Shown one piece after another: positions 50,229 through 59,242 of a DNA stretch of 64,000 bases (the stretch's first letter is position 1; each line of letters opens with the position of its first letter). This DNA is from an uncultured Cytophagales bacterium (GTDB lineage Bacteria; Bacteroidota; Bacteroidia; Cytophagales; Bernardetiaceae). Where the stretch lies: assembly GCA_963761725.1 (NCBI GenBank), contig CAVXHP010000006.1, positions 381,534 through 445,533 of the forward strand, written 5' to 3'. The position numbers and the translations under genes are program-made. A model generated the notes under the pieces. It searched no databases, had not been told where the DNA came from, and saw only the letters and a program-made list of their open reading frames with translations.

Positions 50229-52074
50229 ATGAGTCAGCCCAAATCAAAAGATGAATTAAGAGAGCGTTTGAAGGATATTATCAGAAATATTCCACGCCAA
50301 CCTGGTATTTATAAGTATAAAGATGAGAGTAATGAAATTATTTATGTAGGAAAAGCAAAGGAATTACGCAAACGTGTTTCTAGTTATTTTACCAAATCGC
50401 ATCAATACGACCGAAAAACTCGGCAGCTTGTTCGTGAAATAAGAAATGTAGAAATTACTATTGTCGATAGTGAAGCTGATGCACTGCTTTTGGAAAATAA
50501 TTTGATAAAAGCACATCAGCCGAAATACAATATTTTATTAAAAGATGGAAAATCATATCCTTATATATGTATAACAGACGAGCCTTTTCCTAGAGTTTTT
50601 ATTACCAGAAACCCTAATAGAAAGCAAGGAACGCATTACGGACCTTATACAAATGGAAAAACTTTGTACGCTATCAATGAACTTGTCAAGAAATTATATA
50701 CAATCAGAACCTGTTATTATAATTTGAGTGAGCAAAATATTGAGGAAAAAAAATATAAAGTGTGTTTGGAATATCATATCAAAAACTGTAAAGGACCTTG
50801 TGAGGGTTTGCAAAGTGAAGCCGAATATTTGAAAGATATCGAACAGATTAGAAATATTTTAGTGGGTAAAACATCAAGAGCAAAAGAATATTTCAAAACC
50901 AAAATGAAAACGGCAGCCGAAACAATGGAATTTGAAGAAGCCCAAAAAGCAAAAGAAAAATGGGAAGCTCTTCATACCTATCAAAGCAAATCCCTTATCA
51001 CAAATCCGAATATTTCAGATACAGAAGTGATTGCACTCTTAGATGATGAAGCAAATGTTTATGTAAATTATCTACGAATTGAAGATGGAAGTATTGTTTA
51101 TACAGCCAATGAATCCTATAAAAAACGGCTTGACGAAACGCCAGAGGATATTTTGCCGATGGTTGCCGTAGAGTTTAGACAGCGTTTTGGAAGTGAAGCC
51201 GAGCGAATTGTGAGTAATATTTCGGCAGAAATTCCGTTGCCAAAAGTAGAAGTCATTAATCCAAAAATTGGAGATTTAAAAAAACTTTTAGATTTATCAC
51301 TCAAAAATGTAGAGTATTTTAAGAAAGAAAGATTAAGAAAGAAATTAGATTTTGCAGAAAAGAAACAAGAAAGAGGACTTTTAGCTGTAGAATCACTTGC
51401 AAAAAGATTTAGGATTAAAAGAATTGCCTTTACACGTAGAATGTTTTGATAACTCCAATTTGCAGGGTACAAATCCAGTTTCTTCGATGGTTTGTTTTAT
51501 TAATGGAAAACCATCAAAGAGAAATTACAGAAAATACCACGTCAAGACTGTAGAAGGAGCAAATGATTTTGCAACGATGTATGAAGTGGTTTATAGAAGA
51601 TACAGAAGGCTTTTAGAAGAAAAACAACCGTTGCCAAACTTAGTAATTGTAGATGGTGGGAAAGGACAACTTAGTTTTGGAGCACAGGCGTTGAAAGATT
51701 TAGATTTGTATGGCAAAATTCCAATTATTGGAATTGCGAAGCGTTTGGAAGAAGTTTTTTATCCAGAAGACCAGCATCCTATTTATATCAATAAAAAATC
51801 TCCTTCCATCAAACTCATTCAACATTTGCGTAATGAAGCTCACCGTTTTGCCATTACTTTTCATAGAGATGTTAGAAGTAAAAATGCACTTCGCAATCCA
51901 TTGGAAAATGTAAAAGGAGTGGGAAAAGCAACTATCGAAAAGCTACTTTTGGAATATAAATCTATTAAAAAAATTTCAAAAACACCAGATTCAGAATTGA
52001 AGGAATTGATTGGTACAAATCGTACTCGTTTGATTAGAGAATATATTAAAAATAATCCTGATTTGTTGAGTTAG
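50229..52074 (+). pseudogene. uvrC: excinuclease ABC subunit UvrC, split by a frameshift near 51420-51445
   Basis: ORF 50229..51449 has GIY-YIG (GIYKYKDESNEIIYVGKAKELRKRVSSYF) and the UvrBC region. ORF 51397..52074 has the RNaseH-like endonuclease and HhH C-terminus (LENVKGVGKATIEKLL). Confidence 0.85.
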
Positions 52075-52089
52075 AATTTTCATAAAAAA

Positions 52090-52125
52090 ATGACATTATT
52101 CAAAAAAGAATAATGTCGTTTTTTC
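52090..52125 (+). terminator. intrinsic terminator downstream of uvrC
   Basis: Stem gacattattc / gaataatgtc with aaaaaa loop, followed by gtttttt. Confidence 0.55.
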
Positions 52126-52182
52126 GTAATTTTTAGTTAGCTACGCTGATTATTTCGTAATTCGTAATCCGTAATTGAATTA

Positions 52183-53221
52183 CTATTTTCCCAAATGCAC
52201 ATAAACGGGAAAATGGTCACTATAACCACCTAGGTATTTTGTTCCTACATACATTCTAAAAGGATTTCCTTCGTATTTTCCTGATGCTTCTTTCAAATAT
52301 TCTGCATCATAAATAGCTCTATCAAGATAATTCAAGCCTTTGGCATTATTAGTTAAAAGTCCATTACTAATAATCATTTGGTCAAGCATATTCCAATCTC
52401 CTCTATAATTATAAGTTCCTTTTCCTTGTTTTTGTAAAGAATAAAAGACATTAAAAAGCTGTTTTCCTTGAAGGTCTTTCGAATCAACTGCCTGCAATCC
52501 ATTTGCAAGACTTTCATTAAATGGTTCATCATTAAAATCTCCCATCAAAATAATTTTTGCATTTTTGTTTTCAGCTTCCAAATCATCTACAATCTGACGA
52601 GCAACAAGTGCCGAAACCATACGTTTGGGTGCAGATTTCTCTTCTCCTCCACCTCTTGACGACCAATGATTTACAATAAAATGAATTTGTTCTCCTTCTA
52701 ATTTTCCAGAAACCAGCAAAACATCTCTCGTCTTATCATTATCAGCTAATTTTGCTTCGTAATTTTTGGAAAAAGTAACTTCAAAAACGGACTTCTTTAT
52801 AAAGAAGTGCTACATCAATTCCACGCTCATCTGGCGAATCATATTGTACATAATCGTAACCCTTTTCTTTCAGAATTGACTCATTGATTAAATCTTGTAA
52901 AACCTTTTCATTTTCTATTTCACAAACTCCAATTATTTCTGCTCCATCTTCATCTCCTATCGAACTGATTACTTTAGCTATTTTTTGTAACTTCTCTGCA
53001 TAGCGTTCGTTTGTCCACTCTTGCTTTCCGTTTGGCGTAAAATCATCATCAAAGGTATTTGGGTCATCATCTGTATCAAACAAATTTTCTACATTATAAA
53101 ATGCAACTGTATGTATCGGAGTAGATAGCTCTTGCTTATCAATTACGCTTTTGGGTGGCGAGCAAGAAAAAAGAACCAAAAGACTGATTATAATTATAGA
53201 AAATAGAAATATATTTTTCAT
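52183..53221 (-). pseudogene. endonuclease/exonuclease/phosphatase (EEP) family lipoprotein, frameshifted near 52760
   Basis: ORF 52781..53221 (signal plus VAFYNVENLFD...IGVCEIEN) and ORF 52183..52719 (LMGDFNDEP...SDHFPVYVHL). An alternative frame across the gap reads continuously (LLYKKSVFEVTFSKNYEAKLADNDKTRDVLLVSGKLEGE). Confidence 0.65.
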
Positions 53222-53289
53222 TGAATTTTATGATTTTGAAGTAACTTGAGTTTTTTATTTTTTTTTGATTTCTTTATTTTTGATGTCTT

Positions 53290-55167
53290 CTAAAAGTTAA
53301 GTTGCAGACCTATCAGCAAAACATCATCTACTTGGTCTTCGTTTTCTTTCCATTTATCAAATTGATTAGTAAAGAATTGATGCTGCTCTTCCATTGGTTT
53401 ATGATGATTTTCAAAAAGTAATTGTTTGAATTTTGCTTTCATAAACTTCCTTCCTTCATCTCCTCCAAATTGGTCTTGATAACCATCAGAATAAATATAA
53501 ATAGTAGTTGGTTTGCTTACATCAATAGTATGCTTTTGAAAATTAACTCGTTTGTTTTTATAAAATGCTCCTCCTACACTTGCATTAGTTCCCTTTATTT
53601 CGTGTAATTGATTATCCTGAATATAAATAAGAGGATTCTTTGCACCTACAAAATCAATCGTTTGTTTTTCTGAATCATAAACACACATAGACAAATCCAT
53701 TCCATCTCTGTTATCTGTTTGTTCTTGTTGAAGAGACTGAATAACTCCTTTGTGCAATTTCTCAACTAATAAATTAGGTTCTTCTAAAGTAGCTTCATTT
53801 GAAAACTGGTTCAAAAGGTTATAACCAATCATAGACATAATTGCTCCAGGAACGCCATGTCCTGTACAATCTATGGCAGCAATAGCTATACGCATATTTC
53901 CATTACTACTCATTTTTCTATCAATCCAATAAAAATCTCCTGAAACTATGTCTTTTGGTCTGTATAATATGAAAGATTTGGGGAAAAGAGCGTTTACTAT
54001 TTCAGTAGGAGGAAGAATGGCACTTTGAATACGTTTTGCATAATTTATACTCTGATGTAGTGTTTTGGTTTTAGATTCTAGTGCAAGGTAAGAATACTCT
54101 AAAGCCTTATTTTGTGCTCCAATTTGCTGTGTTCTTCTTTCTACTTCTTTTTCTAATCGTTGTTCTGATGTTTGTAACTCTTTGTTGATACGGTTCATTT
54201 CTTCCATTGCTTGTTGCATGATGGCTTCTTGTGCCTCCATTTGCTCTGTTTTTTCTTGAAGTTCTTCAAAAGAATTACGCATTGCTTCTTCCTGTTCTTC
54301 TATCTGATGGAGCTGAAATCTGTTTTCTTCTATTTTTGCTAATAATTTTTGTTCTTGTTGAGTAATTTGTTCGTTTACGCTTGTGAGTTCCTCAACAGTT
54401 TGTCTCATTTCTTCTTCTTGTGTCTGCAACTCATTATTTTTGAGAGCCATTTCTTTTTTATCTTCTTCTAATTTGTGCAAAGCCATTTGAAGAGATTTTT
54501 CAGTAGTAGCAAGTTCTTCATTTTGTTCTTGTGTTATGGCATTTAGCTCTTCGGTTTCTTTAAGTATTACCAACAACTCTTTTTCTGAATTCTCATTATT
54601 AATAGAAAGCGAACCTACAAGCATCGCAATAATAGGAAACATGAGAAACAATAAGGCTGCATGAATTATATTTTGCTGTAAAGGCTCAAGAATTCCCCAG
54701 TCTTCCAAACCGTATTTCAGTTCTATGCCGTAAAATACGAGTGCAGATAAAAGAGTAAAAGTGCCCAATAAAATAATTGTGTTTCTGTTGTCTTTTATAG
54801 AATATATAGAAAAAGGAATAATAGCTACTAAATAAAAAACATGAGAAATTCCAGAATTTTTGCCTAAGAAAGGAATAAAAGCAACTACTGTAAACCAAAA
54901 TAGGAAATAAGTAGAAAGACGAGAGATAGCAAATTTCTTTTTTGAATTAAGATATAGATTGAAAATAAATCCAGCACCAATACCGACTACCAAAATAGAC
55001 AACTGCCATTGTATAAAAATATATAAAGCAAAAAAAGCAGGTACAGCAAATAAAATCAAAAAATTAATTTGATTCAATATTTGCACACGTTTGCGTTCCC
55101 CTCTTTCCATAGAATTATCTATGCCAAGAGAAGAAATTTTTTGCCATGTTTTTTTAGTAAAACTCAT
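53290..55167 (-). CDS. membrane-anchored PP2C/SpoIIE-family serine/threonine phosphatase with coiled-coil linker
   Basis: 625 aa. Multiple N-terminal TM helices. Long coiled coil (EEL...QEQNEEL...). C-terminal PP2C domain (IAAIDCTGHGVPGAIMS...DGMDLSMCVYD...YIYSDGYQDQFGG). Confidence 0.8.
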   Translation of the reverse strand: MSFTKKTWQKISSLGIDNSMERGERKRVQILNQINFLILFAVPAFFALYIFIQWQLSILVVGIGAGFIFNLYLNSKKKFAISRLSTYFLFWFTVVAFIPFLGKNSGISHVFYLVAIIPFSIYSIKDNRNTIILLGTFTLLSALVFYGIELKYGLEDWGILEPLQQNIIHAALLFLMFPIIAMLVGSLSINNENSEKELLVILKETEELNAITQEQNEELATTEKSLQMALHKLEEDKKEMALKNNELQTQEEEMRQTVEELTSVNEQITQQEQKLLAKIEENRFQLHQIEEQEEAMRNSFEELQEKTEQMEAQEAIMQQAMEEMNRINKELQTSEQRLEKEVERRTQQIGAQNKALEYSYLALESKTKTLHQSINYAKRIQSAILPPTEIVNALFPKSFILYRPKDIVSGDFYWIDRKMSSNGNMRIAIAAIDCTGHGVPGAIMSMIGYNLLNQFSNEATLEEPNLLVEKLHKGVIQSLQQEQTDNRDGMDLSMCVYDSEKQTIDFVGAKNPLIYIQDNQLHEIKGTNASVGGAFYKNKRVNFQKHTIDVSKPTTIYIYSDGYQDQFGGDEGRKFMKAKFKQLLFENHHKPMEEQHQFFTNQFDKWKENEDQVDDVLLIGLQLNF

Positions 55168-55432
55168 TTATCTCGTTTACTTATAAATAAAAATGGAAAA
55201 TAGAAGTTTTCATTTAAAAAGTAGCAGTATATATAGTTGTTTTCTGATTTCTGATTTTTAATTGGAACTATTCAGAAATTTACCATAATTTATTGAATCT
55301 AAAAAACCAAAACAGAATTAAAGCAGAACTAAAAAAAACTCTTTCTCATAGAGAAAGAGTTTTCGAACCTAACACACAAACACAAACAATAGAGAAATTA
55401 CTCAAAAGAGAATAAAAACTCTATATGTTACA

Positions 55433-56347
55433 CTATTTGATAGCAGGAATTTCCTGCTCTTGGGTTGCGCTTCCCAAGTTTCTTGAATGGCTTTGAGTAG
55501 AATGAGTAGAGTTAGAAGAAACTTCATTTCTTCCCGTAAATTTGCTCATTGAATTATATACATTAAAAATATTTCCTGCAAGGAAATCATAAACTCTAGC
55601 TGGCATTACTCCTCTTAATAATGGCAATACCTTTACCATAAATGGTTCTTGTACTAATATTTCGTTTGATTTAACAGCCTTTATAATTTCTTCAGCAATT
55701 TCTTCAGGAACTAAAAGTGGTGTAATAAGTGGTGCAGATGCTCCATTAAACATTCCTGTATCAATGTACCCAGGCATTACTGTTGTTACATGCAAATCTG
55801 TTTTCTGACGATCGTTTATCTGTTCCATTTCCAAGCGAAGCGATTCAGACCAACCCAAAACTGCCCATTTACTACCTGCATAAACAGACATACGAGGATT
55901 TGGCGTAAATGCTGAAGCCGAAGAAATGTTAATAATATGACCTGCTCCTTTTTTTATCATTCCAGCTACAAATGCTCTAGCGATGTGCATCACACCCAAA
56001 ACATTTATACGAACTGTTTTTTCAATTTCTTCATACGTATGGTCTTCAAAATGCTTTCCTACTACAATTCCTGCATTATTGAATAAAATATCTATTGTTC
56101 CTACTTCTGTTGCTACCTTTGCAGCAGCATCTTGAATGCTCTCCAAATCTGAAACATCCACTTTATACGTATGAACTCTATAACCTTTGTTTCCAAATTC
56201 TAAAGCTGTTTGATCAAGCCCTTGTTGATTAATATCCCAAATTACAAGCTCAGAAGCACCTTCTTCCATACACTTACGACCCATAATTTTGCCGATTCCA
56301 CTAGCTCCTCCTGTAATAAGTACGATTTTGTTGGTTATTCTTGACAT
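55433..56347 (-). CDS. SDR-family short-chain dehydrogenase/reductase
   Basis: 304 aa. TGGASGIGK, NNAG, catalytic YAGSK. Confidence 0.9.
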   Translation of the reverse strand: MSRITNKIVLITGGASGIGKIMGRKCMEEGASELVIWDINQQGLDQTALEFGNKGYRVHTYKVDVSDLESIQDAAAKVATEVGTIDILFNNAGIVVGKHFEDHTYEEIEKTVRINVLGVMHIARAFVAGMIKKGAGHIINISSASAFTPNPRMSVYAGSKWAVLGWSESLRLEMEQINDRQKTDLHVTTVMPGYIDTGMFNGASAPLITPLLVPEEIAEEIIKAVKSNEILVQEPFMVKVLPLLRGVMPARVYDFLAGNIFNVYNSMSKFTGRNEVSSNSTHSTQSHSRNLGSATQEQEIPAIK

Positions 56348-56678
56348 AGTATTTTAATGGTTAATTATCAATGATTGACTATAAACGAATTACAATTGAC
56401 TTTAATGAACTTTACTTTCTTTGATTTTTACAAATTGCTTGTTAAAATTTTTCTAGCCATAAAATATTTTAAAAAAATACTCGGCTTGCATACTATCTAT
56501 AAACGTCTATATTCGAAATAAGTTGTGAAAAACTAAAAAATATTTTTCTTTTAATTTTACTAGGAAAAGGCAAGCCATTTTCCCTACTTCTGAAATTCTC
56601 ATTATCTCGTTCCAATATATTAGAAATTTTTATTCTCCAATCCCCAATCTCTCGTTCCTCGCTCCTAATCTCCATTCC

Positions 56679-57311
56679 CTATTTCAACATTCTTTCTACC
56701 ATTTTCCAATGTGTGGTAATTAAGTCGTTTTTGGTTAGGGAGAAATAATGTTCGATTATATTTGCTTTGCGTTTTATTACCTGCAAAACTCCTGTAAACT
56801 GACTCCAAAGCACAAAAGCAGTTTCAAATGGATTTCCCTGCTGAGTAATACTTCCATCTTTTGCTCCTTCTCTAAGTGCTTTTACCAAAATTGTAATTAC
56901 TGCATTTCCTTCTTCTAAGGCTTGCAAAGATTCAGATTCAGCAGAAGAAAGATTGAATGTATCGTTTTCATAATCCAAAATAGTAGTAAAATAATTTGGA
57001 TATTTTTCTGAAAATTCTACATACGTTTTTCCTACAATGATAATTTTTTCATAACCTGTTTTTCCTTCTTTTGTAGCTTCACGCAACATTTTTCTAAGAA
57101 TAACAAATCCTCTTAAAATAATAGCTCTATATAACTCTTCTTTACTCTTAAAATAAAGATACAATGTTCCTTTGCTAAGTTCGGCTGCTTTGGCTACTTG
57201 TGCCATTGTCGCAACTGAAAATCCATGCTTAAAAATTACATCTTCGGCTGCATCTACGATTGCGTTTTTTCTATGTACTCGTTCTCGTGCCTTGCGTTCT
57301 GCTATTCCCAT
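56679..57311 (-). CDS. TetR/AcrR-family transcriptional regulator
   Basis: 210 aa. N-terminal HTH (FSVATMAQVAKAAELSKGTLYLYFKSKEELY). Confidence 0.9.
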   Translation of the reverse strand: MGIAERKARERVHRKNAIVDAAEDVIFKHGFSVATMAQVAKAAELSKGTLYLYFKSKEELYRAIILRGFVILRKMLREATKEGKTGYEKIIIVGKTYVEFSEKYPNYFTTILDYENDTFNLSSAESESLQALEEGNAVITILVKALREGAKDGSITQQGNPFETAFVLWSQFTGVLQVIKRKANIIEHYFSLTKNDLITTHWKMVERMLK

Positions 57312-57639
57312 CTAAGCGTTCTGAAATTTAGATTCTAACTAGATTGTGTGTTCGTTTAAAATGACCAGCAGTCATTATATGAATACAAATATACTAGAAA
57401 GGTTTTGATTTACAACTATTTTCTGTAAAAAAGTAGAAATAATTTTAAGTTTAACATTTGTAACTTACTTTTTATCAGATGATTATATAGTTATTGCATT
57501 TTAATTAGATAAAATTATATTTTTATTTTATTTGAATTTTTCTTTTAAAAATGACCGAGTGTCAGTGAAATTTATTTTATATAAAAAAGTGGCTCTTCCG
57601 ACTTTCTAGCGATTTTCGTATTCTAAAAACTAACTTCTA

Positions 57640-57760
57640 TTTTAATTTGGTCTGTACCGAAGGTCTGACCAAGTTAAAATACGCATTTGCAATTTGTAAA
57701 GGCTTATTTTGTTCAAGTCAGACCTTCGGTACAGACTTGAACAAAATACAAAATATATTT
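57640..57760. repeat. hairpin repeat, family B, copy 2 (inverted)
   Basis: ggtctgtaccgaaggtctgacc ... gtcagaccttcggtacagac inverted arms. Reverse complement aligns with 5240..5345. Confidence 0.7.
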
Positions 57761-57837
57761 TTTCGCTAGAAAGTCGGAAGAACCAAAAAAGTTTTAGAAT
57801 TTTGATTTCCAAAACTTTTTTTCAAATTTATTATTTC

Positions 57838-59091
57838 TTACTCTTGCTCATCTTGATTTTCCTCAATTATTCCATAATCTTCATTATTAAAATCCTTTGC
57901 TTCAGCATAATGATTAGGACGAACATAATTAGGATAAATCTGAAAATGACGAGCTGCAATAAGTTCAATTAATTTTTCTTTTAGTTCGTCTAAGTTTTCA
58001 TTTTTGGCTGCTGAGACGAAAACAGTATTTTTTGTATCCGTTCCCAAATAAGACTCTTTGAGTTCTTCCAAAGTAGGAGGACAAACCAAATAGTTTTGAC
58101 CTACCTGAACATCATTTGTATAAGCATCAATTTTATTAAAAACTAAAAGTGTAGGCTTTTCGGCTGCTCCTAATTCCTTAAGCGTTTCTTGTACTACTTT
58201 TATCTGCTCTTCGAAAGCTGGATGCGAAATATCTACCACGTGAATAAGAACATCGGCTTCCACAATTTCCTGCAATGTAGATTTAAAACTGGCAATAAGC
58301 GTAGTAGGTAATTTGCGAATAAAACCAACCGTATCAGAAAGCAAAAACGGAATTCCTTCCCAAAAAACCTTACGAACCGTAGAATCAACGGTAGCAAAAA
58401 GTTTGTTTTCAGCAAAGACATCCGAACCACTCAAAATAGTCATTAAGGTAGATTTTCCAACGTTGGTATAACCCACCAAAGAAACACGAACTACTTTATG
58501 ACGCTGTTTGCGACGAGTTTCGTCCTGCATTTCAATTTTTTTCAAACGCTCTTTCAAAAGCGTAATTCTATCTCTAACAATACGACGATCCGTTTCAATC
58601 TCCTTTTCACCAGCTCCACGCTGACCCACACCACCACGCTGACGAGAAAGGTGAGTCCACATATTGGTAAGACGTGGCAAAAGATATTGATAACGAGCAA
58701 GTTCAACTTGTGTACTTGCTTGTGAAGTTTGGGCTCTGTGCTTGAAAATTTCTAAAATAAGTGTACTTCTATCAAAAACTTGTTTGTTTTCGAATTCTTT
58801 ACCAATATTTCGAACGTGGCGAGGCGAAAGTTCGTCATCAAAAATAACAGTGTCAATTTCTTTCGAAATCATATATTCCTGAATTTCTTCAATCTTTCCT
58901 TTTCGTACAAAAGTAGTCGTATCTGGCGTATCTAATTGCTGCGTAAAACGCTTTACACACTTTATCCCCAGCGTTTCTGCCAAAAATTCTAGTTCATCTA
59001 AATATTCTTGTGATTTTTGTAAATTTTGTTTTTGATTGACAATTCCTACCAAAACGGCTGTTTCGGGTTTTGTATTTTGAGTATCTAGCAT
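57838..59091 (-). CDS. hflX: GTPase HflX
   Basis: 417 aa. HflX N-domain, then G-domain motifs (VGYTNVGKSTL, DTVGF, NKID). Confidence 0.95.
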   Translation of the reverse strand: MLDTQNTKPETAVLVGIVNQKQNLQKSQEYLDELEFLAETLGIKCVKRFTQQLDTPDTTTFVRKGKIEEIQEYMISKEIDTVIFDDELSPRHVRNIGKEFENKQVFDRSTLILEIFKHRAQTSQASTQVELARYQYLLPRLTNMWTHLSRQRGGVGQRGAGEKEIETDRRIVRDRITLLKERLKKIEMQDETRRKQRHKVVRVSLVGYTNVGKSTLMTILSGSDVFAENKLFATVDSTVRKVFWEGIPFLLSDTVGFIRKLPTTLIASFKSTLQEIVEADVLIHVVDISHPAFEEQIKVVQETLKELGAAEKPTLLVFNKIDAYTNDVQVGQNYLVCPPTLEELKESYLGTDTKNTVFVSAAKNENLDELKEKLIELIAARHFQIYPNYVRPNHYAEAKDFNNEDYGIIEENQDEQE

Positions 59092-59242
59092 ATATTTTTT
59101 TTAGGTATAGAAAGGCTAGTGTGGTGTTTTATAATCTTGTCAATTTATGAAACTGCATCCTTTTTAGTTTTGTTTAAAACAAGAGATTCTGACAAGTGTT
59201 TTACTACAATTCTAATTTTCTAAAATTCGTTCCTTAGTAGAT

